From positions 768,001 to 832,000 of the forward strand of contig CAXXUK010000002.1 in the NCBI GenBank assembly GCA_963665125.2: 64,000 bases of DNA. The letters are read 5' to 3'. Shown piece by piece: positions 31,479 to 40,055 of the stretch; position 1 is the stretch's first letter, and every line of letters begins with the position of its first letter. The position numbers and the translations under genes are program-made. The notes below the pieces were generated by a model that saw nothing but the letters and a program-made list of their open reading frames with translations, did not search any database and had not been told where the DNA came from. The DNA comes from an uncultured Desulfarculus sp. (lineage in GTDB: Bacteria > Desulfobacterota > Desulfarculia > Desulfarculales > Desulfarculaceae).

Positions 31479-31862
31479 GTTGCCGCCGCCTTCACTACTT
31501 CCTGACAAAACCACTCTGCTTTTTTGGTTTGCATCCCAAAGAAAAATCCTCGGTGTTTCTCCTTTTACAACCACTATTCCAGTGCGAAGCTTTCCATTCT
31601 TGTCTTCAATTTCCAAAGAAGGACCTGCTTTGCTTACAATTAAGCGAATTGTTTCCTTCCCTTCGCCTTTTAATGTAACAAAAGGCCAGCCTTCTTTTGT
31701 AAAGCCCATGCCGCCTCTTGCCTGTTTATTATCGTCTATAAGGATGAACTGCTTTGCAATAATGGAATCGTAATATTGTTGAGTTGAATTTGATTTGACG
31801 GCCAGCATTGCAACCACGAGCCCTATGCATATGGCCATACCAAATTTTAGCACTTTAGACAT
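31113..31862 (-). CDS. membrane-anchored beta-repeat protein, cassette 3
   Basis: MSKVLKFGMAICIGLVVAMLAV TM; QQYYDSIIAKQFILIDD; conserved C-terminus. Confidence 0.8.
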   Translation of the reverse strand: MSKVLKFGMAICIGLVVAMLAVKSNSTQQYYDSIIAKQFILIDDNKQARGGMGFTKEGWPFVTLKGEGKETIRLIVSKAGPSLEIEDKNGKLRTGIVVVKGETPRIFLWDANQKSRVVLSGSSEGGGNLMFVDENGGHRASIGYKNGKASLAIKGADKYSGAYITAYDNDGVQVNIADSNLRPNLTLRSKDNELAMVMAAQKRTGLFYRAARGDVPNLAIIKGGEPIWKALPGAPAPASDLPDIVDLIK

Positions 31863-31938
31863 TAACTGAACCCCCTTTTTGAGCCGCCTCACTGTTCTGC
31901 ACCCCAGTCTCAAAATAAATTAGAGCCTGGAGGTGTAT

Positions 31939-32331
31939 ATGGACAATTCAAGCGTTCTGGATCTAAACGTAAACGCAAAAATTAACGCAGAGCTAATCAT
32001 CGATGGCGATGGAGCTCAATCCGAGTTGGACAAGCTGTTTGACACCATTCAGCAAAAGTTCAAGGAAACCACAACCCGCGAAATCGGCGAATACGCCACG
32101 GCCGCCGGAAAGGCCGTCAGCGATTCCTGGGACAGCGCCAAGCAAACCGTCACGGACACCGGCGGCGAGGCCATCAGTGATACGCTCTCGGCTATTTTCA
32201 GCTATTTAATCAGGTCCACGATATCCGGTAGATCACTGGCCGGGGCCGGTGCGCCGGGCAGGGCCTTCCAGATGGGCTCACCATTGTTGATAATTGCCAG
32301 ATTGGGCAGCCGGCCCCTGGCGGCCCGGTAG
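31939..32331 (+). pseudogene. orphan N-terminal fragment of tape-measure-like gene, cassette 3 (homology ends at 32202)
   Basis: GGAGGtgtatATG as in the full-length gene; variable N-terminus then the shared ~61 codons. Confidence 0.8.
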
Positions 32332-32567
32332 AACAGGCCGGTGCGCTTTTGGGCCGCCATGACCATGGCCAGCTCGTTATCAGTGGAGCGCAGGGTCAGG
32401 TTTGAGCGCAAATTGCTGTCGGCAATGTTAATATGTATGCCGTCGCGGTCATAGGCCGTGAGATACGCACCCGAGTATTTATCAGCGCCCTTGATGGCCA
32501 GGCTGGCCTTGCCGTTTTTATAGCCGATCGACGCCCGGTGACCCTTGTTTTCGTCGACAAACATCAA
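32021..32567. repeat. conserved cassette block (~547 bp)
   Basis: direct repeat of 30932-31478. Confidence 0.92.
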
Positions 32568-32960
32568 ACGACCGCCGGGTTCGTTTTCATATCCTGACAA
32601 AGATATAAAACTCTTATGGTTCTTGTCAGAAAGGTGAATGCTTGGTTCACTAAATTCGTGAAGAAATAATGACAGCCTTGGCAGGCCAGAACCATCCATT
32701 AGTCTAATTGATGGGCCATTAAAATCAATGGTCAGCAATACTAAATCTTTACCATTTTTATCCAGTAAAGCCACCATGGGGTATCCTTCATCTGTAAAAG
32801 CTAAAGCACCTCTTGGTTTTCTGTTGTCATCGATTAAAACAAATTTTTTCGCCACGATTGAATCAAAATACTGTTGGCTTGAGCTGGAATTGTTGACGAA
32901 AGCCATTGCAAGGATAAAACCGCAACATATCGCTGCAGCAACCGTTAGCTTTTTTTTCAT
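32202..32960 (-). CDS. membrane-anchored beta-repeat protein, cassette 4 (adjacent to the full-length gene)
   Basis: MKKKLTVAAAICCGFILAMAFV TM/signal; QQYFDSIVAKKFVLIDD; conserved C-terminus. Confidence 0.8.
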   Translation of the reverse strand: MKKKLTVAAAICCGFILAMAFVNNSSSSQQYFDSIVAKKFVLIDDNRKPRGALAFTDEGYPMVALLDKNGKDLVLLTIDFNGPSIRLMDGSGLPRLSLFLHEFSEPSIHLSDKNHKSFISLSGYENEPGGRLMFVDENKGHRASIGYKNGKASLAIKGADKYSGAYLTAYDRDGIHINIADSNLRSNLTLRSTDNELAMVMAAQKRTGLFYRAARGRLPNLAIINNGEPIWKALPGAPAPASDLPDIVDLIK

Positions 32961-33041
32961 TTCATCCCCCTGGTTATTTTTATGACCTGCTTCACTGTTC
33001 CACACCTCCGGCGCAAAGTAGCTTAGGGTTCGGAGGTGTAT

Positions 33042-35612
33042 ATGGAGTCAACAAACAATCTCGATCTCAATGTTAATGCGACCATTAAGGCAAATGTTGA
33101 AATCGATGAAAAACAAACAAAGTCCGAGCTTGACAAGCTGTTTGACACCATTCAGCAAAAGCTCAAGGAAACCACAACCCGCGAAATCGGCGAATACGCC
33201 ACGGCCGCCGGAAAGGCCGTCAGCGATTCCTGGGACAGCGCCAAGCAAACCGTCACGGACACCGGCGGCGAGGCCATCAGCGATACGCTCTCGGCTATTT
33301 TTAGCGGAGAGATGGATAAAGTCCAGAATATTTGGGACACCGCCTGGACTAAAATGGGCGACGACCTGGAAAAGACCTGGGAAGGCCTGCTGTCGACCCT
33401 GGGCGAAAAAGCCATGGAAGGCCTGGGCGATATCCTCCAGGAATCCATTCTTGACCCTATTTCCAACTATCTCGACGGTCTTATCCTTAAACCTCTTAAA
33501 GATTGGGGCTCCGGTGTCCTGAAGGATGTACTGGACTGGATCGGAATCGGCGATGTCATTGGCAATATATTCAGCGACAAAGGTAGTGGCAATGGGGGTG
33601 ATGCGGTGTCGGCCGTTGGTACCGCCGCTGGCATGGCCTATGAAGCGGCCACCGGCGAAAGCCTTCTTTCAACTGTGGGGTCGGCCATAGGCGCTGACAA
33701 AGCATGGGCGGCGTTAAAGGCCTACATGGGTGCGGAATCAACAGCGACAACCGCTGGGGATGTCCTTACGGCTGAAATATTAGCCAATGGCAAAAACTTA
33801 CAACTTTTTGCGGAAGCCGATGTAGTATCTGCTGTCGAGACTGCGCTGGGCGGCTCAGATACTATCACTGCTCAACTATTGGGCAATGGTCCGGCCTTTC
33901 AGGCTGCCGCCGAGGCGGAAGCAATGGCAGCGTTTACCGAGGCATTGGGGGCTGGTGACGTCATAACCGCTGAAATCCTTTCCAATGGTCCGGTTTTGCA
34001 GGCTGCCGCCGAGGCCGACGCCATTGCGGCATTTGAGGCAGCCATGAGCGGTGGAGAGGCAGCCGGAGCTGCTTCGTCGATAGGCTTTGGCATGGCAACT
34101 GCCGGTCTTCTTGCCGCTGCCGAGCTGTTCGCCATGGCCATGGGCGAGCCCGGCCCCACCGCGATCTTTGCCGGGGCGATCATGGACGCCTTTGGCATGG
34201 CCGATAAAAACTACATGTCGCCCGAGGAGGCCCGTCAGGCCGTATCCTACCAATCAGAAACCCTGGCAACCCAGGCCGGGGCCGCTGCCGCCGGAGACTG
34301 GTCGGCAGCCGCATACAACGAATATGACCCGACCAATTTGGCATTTACGGCCACAGCCCGCCATGGCGCGGGCAATTCCATAGCCAGCGTCGGCGGCATA
34401 ACCACCGAGGAGATCGAGGCTCAGGTGGCGGCCATGGGGCCCTACGCCCAGGCCCTGTACGACGTGCAGACCATCGCCTGGCAGGTCTCCGACGCCTTGG
34501 CCGCCTACAACGAGTCCGCCGAAATGGGCCTGTTCGCCGTCAAGGACCAGGCCGACCAGTTCCGCAGCCTGGCTCTGGAGCTGGGCCTGACCGAGACGCA
34601 GTACCAGCTTATGATCGAGGCGGGCTACAACTATGAACAGATCTCGGCCGTGGTCACCGAGACTGCCGGGGACCTGCGCGTCGCCATGATCGACATGGCC
34701 GGGGCCATGGAGCGGGCCGCCGCGGAGACGGGCCTGGCCGGTGAACAGGCCGATGCGTTCGGCAGCCAGGCCGCCGCCCTGTGGGAGCAGGTCCAGGCCG
34801 GGACCATGGGCGTGGACGAGTTCGACCAAATGCTCGAAGCCCTGGGCCGGTCCCTGGGCCTGGATGCATCCGCCTCGGAGGAACTGGCCGGACGCCTGGA
34901 AAACATGCTGGCCGCCACCAGCCAGGCCGGAGAGGGCGCTCAGGGCCTCAGCAACGAACTGGCCGCGCTGGCCGCGGAAAGCGGGGCGGCGGCAGGCCAG
35001 GCCGCCGTCGCAACGGACAAGTTCTTCGACCTGGGGGACATCGTCGGCAACGCGGGCGAGGCGGCAGAGGGCTTAGGCGGCTTGCTGATCCAGGCCGGGG
35101 CCGAGGCCGTGGAGTTTGGCCAGGTGACCTCCGAGGTGATGAGTTCGACATTCGTAAGCTGGGCCGACGGCTTCGGCGACATGGCCGAGGCGGCCTCGGA
35201 ACTCAGCGGCGAGGTGCTTGACGTGGGCCGGTCCCTGGAAGACGTCTTCGGCTCCGGCGGGTTTGCGGGCGCGTCGAACATAATGGGCGACCTGGCCTTC
35301 ACCTATCACGACGGCGGCATGGCCGGATCAGCCGGGTGGCCCCGCTTCCATTCGGGGCTGCTGCCCGACGAGCTGCCCGCCGTGTTGCAGCGAGGCGAGG
35401 CCATCATCCAGCGCGCCGCGGTAAACAGCGAGACCCTGCCTGTTTTGAAGCGCATCAACGATACGGGCCGGGCCCCGGCTTCGGGCGGCGGGCTCAACGT
35501 GCATGTGGAGGTGCACGGCAATGTCTTGGGCGACGGCGACGGCATGGAGGAGCTGGCCCGGATCATCGACCGGCGTCTGCGGCGCATCAATGCGGCCCGC
35601 TATTCAATGTAA
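33042..35612 (+). CDS. phage tail tape-measure-like protein (stand-alone)
   Basis: Ala/Gly-rich helical sequence, 33-aa repeats, central hydrophobic stretch, C-terminal YHDGG...RFHSGLLPDELPAVLQRGEAII...LNVHVEVHGNV typical of tape-measure C-termini; GGAGG RBS. Confidence 0.72.
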   Translation: MESTNNLDLNVNATIKANVEIDEKQTKSELDKLFDTIQQKLKETTTREIGEYATAAGKAVSDSWDSAKQTVTDTGGEAISDTLSAIFSGEMDKVQNIWDTAWTKMGDDLEKTWEGLLSTLGEKAMEGLGDILQESILDPISNYLDGLILKPLKDWGSGVLKDVLDWIGIGDVIGNIFSDKGSGNGGDAVSAVGTAAGMAYEAATGESLLSTVGSAIGADKAWAALKAYMGAESTATTAGDVLTAEILANGKNLQLFAEADVVSAVETALGGSDTITAQLLGNGPAFQAAAEAEAMAAFTEALGAGDVITAEILSNGPVLQAAAEADAIAAFEAAMSGGEAAGAASSIGFGMATAGLLAAAELFAMAMGEPGPTAIFAGAIMDAFGMADKNYMSPEEARQAVSYQSETLATQAGAAAAGDWSAAAYNEYDPTNLAFTATARHGAGNSIASVGGITTEEIEAQVAAMGPYAQALYDVQTIAWQVSDALAAYNESAEMGLFAVKDQADQFRSLALELGLTETQYQLMIEAGYNYEQISAVVTETAGDLRVAMIDMAGAMERAAAETGLAGEQADAFGSQAAALWEQVQAGTMGVDEFDQMLEALGRSLGLDASASEELAGRLENMLAATSQAGEGAQGLSNELAALAAESGAAAGQAAVATDKFFDLGDIVGNAGEAAEGLGGLLIQAGAEAVEFGQVTSEVMSSTFVSWADGFGDMAEAASELSGEVLDVGRSLEDVFGSGGFAGASNIMGDLAFTYHDGGMAGSAGWPRFHSGLLPDELPAVLQRGEAIIQRAAVNSETLPVLKRINDTGRAPASGGGLNVHVEVHGNVLGDGDGMEELARIIDRRLRRINAARYSM
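33124..33305. repeat. conserved cassette block (tape-measure-like segment inside the full-length gene)
   Basis: 182 bp near-identical to 30932-31113 and 32021-32202. Confidence 0.92.
33756..34052 (+). repeat. three tandem 33-codon intragenic repeats
   Basis: GDVLTAEILANG.../SDTITAQLLGNG.../GDVITAEILSNG... spaced exactly 99 bp. Confidence 0.85.
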
Positions 35613-35615
35613 GAC

Positions 35616-35650
35616 CGCTGCACTGGGGGCGTCCTGCCCCCCGTGCAGCG
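35616..35650. terminator. GC-rich hairpin between convergent genes (probable terminator)
   Basis: CGCTGCACtGGGGGC-gtcct-GCCCCCcGTGCAGCG; no clear U-tract. Confidence 0.55.
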
Positions 35651-36190
35651 TCATGCAAAGGCCTCAATGTGACCGGCGGAGCTGACCCACTTGCCCCAGA
35701 AGAGCACTTCGGGGGGCAACTCAGGCGAGGGGCCGTCGTGACCCAAGGCCGCGGCAATTCCGGCTATGGGAACGCGGCGGCCCTTTGCCGTATCCAGCAC
35801 CACCATGGCGGCCAGGCAGCGGGTCATCAAAGCGCCTTGCCGCTCGAACGTCTGGTCGATGTATAGTCGGGTCTCGTCCCAGACGATGACCCGGCTGCGC
35901 TGGATAAAACCCTGGAAGGTGGACAGTGGCCTTTTGAAGCGCATGGTGCTGGCCACCATCATCGGTTTGCAGCCTGCCTGGCGGCAGGCTTGCCACACGC
36001 CGTTGCGGGCCAACAGCTCCATGCGGCCGATGTCCATGATCGTCAGGTAGCGGCCGTTGTTCCTGTGCATGTACGGGTCGATATCCTGGGGCCCGACCCG
36101 AAATTTGCACACGGTGTCATCCAGCAGGCCCACTTTTTTCTTGAACGGGGCCGTGGCCATCAATCGCCCGAAACGCAGCCAGACGTACAT
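35651..36190 (-). CDS. acyl-CoA thioesterase family (hot-dog fold)
   Basis: DIDPYMHRNNGRYLTIMDIGR. Confidence 0.88.
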   Translation of the reverse strand: MYVWLRFGRLMATAPFKKKVGLLDDTVCKFRVGPQDIDPYMHRNNGRYLTIMDIGRMELLARNGVWQACRQAGCKPMMVASTMRFKRPLSTFQGFIQRSRVIVWDETRLYIDQTFERQGALMTRCLAAMVVLDTAKGRRVPIAGIAAALGHDGPSPELPPEVLFWGKWVSSAGHIEAFA

Positions 36191-36201
36191 CCGCTATCCG
36201 C

Positions 36202-37002
36202 CTATTTGCCCGTGTGCCGGGCGATATAGTCTTCCACCAGCCGGGCGGCAACTGACACGCCAAACGGCCGCAGGGGTATGTTGTCCGGGGTGAACCAGGC
36301 CGCCTCCTGGATCTCATCGCCGTCCACGGTGATCTTGTCGTCCACGGCCCGGCACTGAAAGGCCACCATCAGCGAGTCGGGGAAGGGCCAGGGCTGGCTG
36401 CCGAAATAACGGATGTCAATGACGTCCAGGCCCACCTCTTCCTTCATCTCCCTGCGCACGGCGTCTTCCAGTGATTCGCTGGGGCCCACGAACCCGGCCA
36501 GGACGCTGTAGAAGCCCTGGGGGTGGCGGCGGTTGTTGGCCAGCAGGAGCCGGCCGTTGTGCTCGATGGCCACGATGACCGCCGGGGAAAGCCGGGGGAA
36601 GCGCAGGGCCCCGCACTTGGTGCAGCGCTTGGTCATGGGCTCTTCATCGGGCGCACTCTCGGCCGGGCTGCCGCAGACACCGCAAAAGCGGCTGCGCTTG
36701 TGCCAGTGCAGGGCATAGAGGGCATCGCCGGCCTTCCAGAAAAGCTCGGGTCCGGCCTTGATGTCCAGACCCAGCAGAATGCGCCAGAAATAGCCCTCGG
36801 GCTTGGGCGCGTCCCCCGCGGTCTGGGCGGCATAGGCCGGTTGGCCTTGATATTGGCCCAGGGGCAGGACGTTGCGCACCTCCAAGCCGATGTCGGCCGG
36901 GTCGGCCAGCAGCGGGGCCTCGATGTTGTCGCCGCCCCGTAACAGCATCTTGGGGCCGCTGAAAATGAACCAATAGCCGGGTTGGGTCTGCTCGTCGGTC
37001 AT
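36202..37002 (-). CDS. nudC: NAD(+)/NADH diphosphatase NudC
   Basis: RFCGVCG/CTKCG zinc ribbon, Nudix box, [11 protein letters not shown]. Confidence 0.95.
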   Translation of the reverse strand: MTDEQTQPGYWFIFSGPKMLLRGGDNIEAPLLADPADIGLEVRNVLPLGQYQGQPAYAAQTAGDAPKPEGYFWRILLGLDIKAGPELFWKAGDALYALHWHKRSRFCGVCGSPAESAPDEEPMTKRCTKCGALRFPRLSPAVIVAIEHNGRLLLANNRRHPQGFYSVLAGFVGPSESLEDAVRREMKEEVGLDVIDIRYFGSQPWPFPDSLMVAFQCRAVDDKITVDGDEIQEAAWFTPDNIPLRPFGVSVAARLVEDYIARHTGK

Positions 37003-37057
37003 TATCAATATCTCCTAAACAAAACAGCTTCAGCAGCTATGGAATACGAACCCCGCG

Positions 37058-37543
37058 CTATTTCCCGGCCGGATGATAGGGCAGATCTGCCGTGGGCACG
37101 GAAAGATGGCACTGGTGGATCTTCCATTGTCCGTTTTCCCGCAGAAAAACCGTGCTCAGACGGGCCGGGGTGCGAATGACCTTGTCCTTGAGCTCCACCT
37201 GGGCGAAGCACTCGGCGGCCATCCAGGCCACGTCTCCCTTGCCGCCCACCTCGACCTTGGTGAAGTCCATGCGCACGCCCTTGACGTCGCCAAGGGTTTT
37301 TCCCAGTGATTCCTCGTTGGCCTTCAGGCCCACCCAGAATTCGCCCGGCCCCGTGCCGATGGATACGGGGTCCGACGATAATGTGGACATCATGCCTTGC
37401 AAATCGCCGGTTTCATAGCACTTGTTGTATTTGTTCCATACGGCCAGCACTTCGGACTTCAGGTTTTTATCGGAGGCCAAGGCCGGCAGGGCCATGAGCG
37501 CAAAGGCCAAGGCAACGGCCATGGACAGGATCATTTTTTTCAT
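37058..37543 (-). CDS. secreted SnoaL/NTF2-like domain protein
   Basis: signal peptide, IGTGPGEFWVG, GDVAW, RLSTVFLRENGQWKIHQCHLS. Confidence 0.82.
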   Translation of the reverse strand: MKKMILSMAVALAFALMALPALASDKNLKSEVLAVWNKYNKCYETGDLQGMMSTLSSDPVSIGTGPGEFWVGLKANEESLGKTLGDVKGVRMDFTKVEVGGKGDVAWMAAECFAQVELKDKVIRTPARLSTVFLRENGQWKIHQCHLSVPTADLPYHPAGK

Positions 37544-37559
37544 TGGTTCATTCCTCCCT

Positions 37560-38762
37560 TTAGTCGAGCAGCTTGCCGAAATCGAAGTTCCTTTTGGCCA
37601 TTTGCTGGGCAAAGGCGCTGACGTCGACATCCTGCTCCATGGCTTTTTGGCACTTGGCCGCGCCTTCGGTGGTTCCGAAGAAGATAAACCCGGCGATCTT
37701 GCCGTCATCGATAACGATCTTGCGGTAGATGCCGTCGCCGTTGTACACGGCGGCCTGCAATTTGCCCTCGGCGTCGATGTCGCCGCCGGCCACCAGGTCC
37801 ACGCCAACGACCTTGAGCTGGTTGCTCATAACCGTTCCGGCATAGACGGCCTCGCCGCCGGCCATGTTTTGTCCGGCCACCGCGCCCTGGGCCTGGGAGG
37901 CGGGCCAGATGCCGTAGAAGACGCCCTGGTGCTCGACAACGTCGCCGGCGGCCCATACGCCGTCGAGGCTGGTGTGCATTCGGTCGTCGACCTTGACGGC
38001 CTTGTCGATTTCCAGGCCCATCTGTTGGGCCAGCTCCAGATTGGGCCGCACTCCGGCCGAGAACAGGATGATTTGGCCCGCCAGGTGCTCGCCGCTTTCC
38101 AGACTAAGACCGTCGGCCATCTCGTCGCCGGTGATCTGCTGGGCCTTTTTGCCCAGATAAAATTCAAAGCCCATTCCTTCGAGCATTTGCTGGAGCTTTG
38201 CTGCTCCGGCCGGGTCCATCTGGCGGGGCAGCAGCCGGTCGAAAAACTCCACCACCCTCACCTTGAGCCCGCGCTTGGCCAATGCCGCGCCTGCCTCCAG
38301 GCCCAAAAGACCGCCGCCCACGAGCACGGCGGAATCGGTGCGTTTGGCCCAGGAAACGATCTGACGGGCGTCGGCGATGGTCCGCAGGGCCATTACGCCT
38401 TCCTTGTCCGAGCCCTGCACCGGCGGAATGAACGGGTGGGCGCCGGTGGCCAACAGCAATTCTTCGTAGCCGAAGAACTCGCCGCCAGAGGTCTGGACCG
38501 TGCGTTTTTCCGTGTCCACCGAGACGATATTTACGCCCATGCGCAGGTCCACGCCCTTGGATGCGTAATACTCGCCGTCATGCAGGGTGAACTTGGCCAA
38601 CTCGGTCTGGCCGGAGATGAACTCGGGCAACCGGGGGCGGTAATAGTACGGGGCGTCTTCATTGCTGAAGATGGTGACTTTGGCCGATGAATCGGTGGCC
38701 AAAATTTTATCGGCAGCGGTGGCTCCGGCCACGCCGTTACCGATGATGATGTATTTTTTCAT
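37560..38762 (-). CDS. NAD(P)/FAD-dependent oxidoreductase (rubredoxin reductase/NirB N-terminal type)
   Basis: IIGNGVAG, LATGA, VGGGLLGLEAG, WAAGDV. Confidence 0.9.
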   Translation of the reverse strand: MKKYIIIGNGVAGATAADKILATDSSAKVTIFSNEDAPYYYRPRLPEFISGQTELAKFTLHDGEYYASKGVDLRMGVNIVSVDTEKRTVQTSGGEFFGYEELLLATGAHPFIPPVQGSDKEGVMALRTIADARQIVSWAKRTDSAVLVGGGLLGLEAGAALAKRGLKVRVVEFFDRLLPRQMDPAGAAKLQQMLEGMGFEFYLGKKAQQITGDEMADGLSLESGEHLAGQIILFSAGVRPNLELAQQMGLEIDKAVKVDDRMHTSLDGVWAAGDVVEHQGVFYGIWPASQAQGAVAGQNMAGGEAVYAGTVMSNQLKVVGVDLVAGGDIDAEGKLQAAVYNGDGIYRKIVIDDGKIAGFIFFGTTEGAAKCQKAMEQDVDVSAFAQQMAKRNFDFGKLLD

Positions 38763-38905
38763 GAAGCTCCCTTAATCAATATAACCGGGTTTGCCGGTCC
38801 GAAAATGCCGGAATTATGATAATAGTATATGTACGCTTATTGACAATGGCACCTTTTTGCGGGGGCAGTGTCAAGGTGTTTTTAAACCCTTGGGCAACAC
38901 GAATG

Positions 38906-38933
38906 TTGACTCCAGGGATAAAGTAGCTACAAT
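38906..38933 (+). promoter_or_regulatory. sigma70-type promoter for the MBL hydrolase gene
   Basis: TTGACT-N16-TACAAT about 55 bp upstream of the GTG start. Confidence 0.5.
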
Positions 38934-38988
38934 GTGGCTACCATGTAAGGGCGGAGACTGCGCTTCGACCCGGAAAGGAACATCGACC

Positions 38989-39960
38989 GTGTCTCAGGAA
39001 ATCATGCCCGGTATTTTCCGGATAAAGGTGACCCTGCCGGAGAGTCCCCTGAAGTACCTCAACTCTTATGTGGTTAAATCGCCGGAACGCAACTTGGTCG
39101 TCGACACGGGCCTCAACCGCGACGAATGCCGCCAGGCCCTGGAAAACGGTCTGGCCGAAATCGGCGTGCGGCCCGAGGAGTGCGACTATTTCGTCACCCA
39201 TCTCCATGCCGACCATTTCGGCCTGGTGGGTGATTTCGCCCCGGAAGACGCCATAGTCTACTTCAACCAGCCAGATGCCGACATCCTGGGTTCGGGGCTC
39301 GGCTGGGAAAGTGTTATAGAATATTCCGGCCAAAACGGCTTCCCAACCGATATCCTGCGCCCGGCCATTGAAAAGCATCCGGGCAAGCATTTTCATTCGC
39401 CGCGCATACCGGACATGACCATGCTCTCCGACGGCGACGAGATCTCCTACGGCGGCTACACCTTCCGGGCCGTGCACACCCCCGGCCACACGCCGGGCCA
39501 TTTGTGCCTCTATGAGCCCCAGGCCAAGCTGCTCATCGCCGGCGACCATCTGCTCATCGACATCACGCCCAATATCCAGTGCATGAGCGACGACACCAAT
39601 CCCCTCAAGGACTACCTGGCCAGTCTGGACAAGGTCTATGAACTGGATATTGATTTGGTAGCCCCGGGCCACCGCCGCCTGTGGAACGACCACCGGGCCC
39701 GCATAGATGAACTCAAGGCCCACCATGCAAGGCGCATCGAGGAGGCCTACGCCGCCGTCAAGGCCGGGGCGTCCGACGCCTATGTGGTGGCCTCCAAGAT
39801 GTCGTGGGATATCCGGTGCGATTCGTGGCAGGAGTTTCCCCTGGCCCAGCAATGGTTTGCCCAGGCCGAGGCCCTGTCGCACCTGCGCTGGCTGGAGTGC
39901 GAAGGCAAGATAGAGCGCATTGAACGCGACGGACAGACATTGTTTAAAATAGCCGCCTGA
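38989..39960 (+). CDS. MBL-fold metallo-hydrolase
   Basis: VVDTG, THLHADHFG, TPGHTPGH, AGDHLL, PGH; AAGGA RBS before GTG. Confidence 0.9.
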   Translation: MSQEIMPGIFRIKVTLPESPLKYLNSYVVKSPERNLVVDTGLNRDECRQALENGLAEIGVRPEECDYFVTHLHADHFGLVGDFAPEDAIVYFNQPDADILGSGLGWESVIEYSGQNGFPTDILRPAIEKHPGKHFHSPRIPDMTMLSDGDEISYGGYTFRAVHTPGHTPGHLCLYEPQAKLLIAGDHLLIDITPNIQCMSDDTNPLKDYLASLDKVYELDIDLVAPGHRRLWNDHRARIDELKAHHARRIEEAYAAVKAGASDAYVVASKMSWDIRCDSWQEFPLAQQWFAQAEALSHLRWLECEGKIERIERDGQTLFKIAA

Positions 39961-40055
39961 TTCCCTGCGGAGTCATCACCAAGCGCCAGGCGGAGCAAAC
40001 CGGCGGCGGCCCTTCAAGGGGCCGCTTGCCCATTAGCCATTACGAGGATGTTGCC

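Noticed and set aside
32950..32957. A8 run after the start codon of partner 4 as a phase-variation tract
   Set aside because: Short, simply encodes the MKKK signal-peptide start, and absent from paralogues
28725..33305. Cassette array as CRISPR, integron, shufflon or diversity-generating retroelement
   Set aside because: Repeats are 180-550 bp coding direct repeats; no cas, integrase, invertase or reverse transcriptase; no attC-type AAC...GTT sites or adenine-specific variation seen
28725..35612. Intact prophage
   Set aside because: Only a tape-measure-like gene; no other structural, packaging, lysis or integration genes in the window
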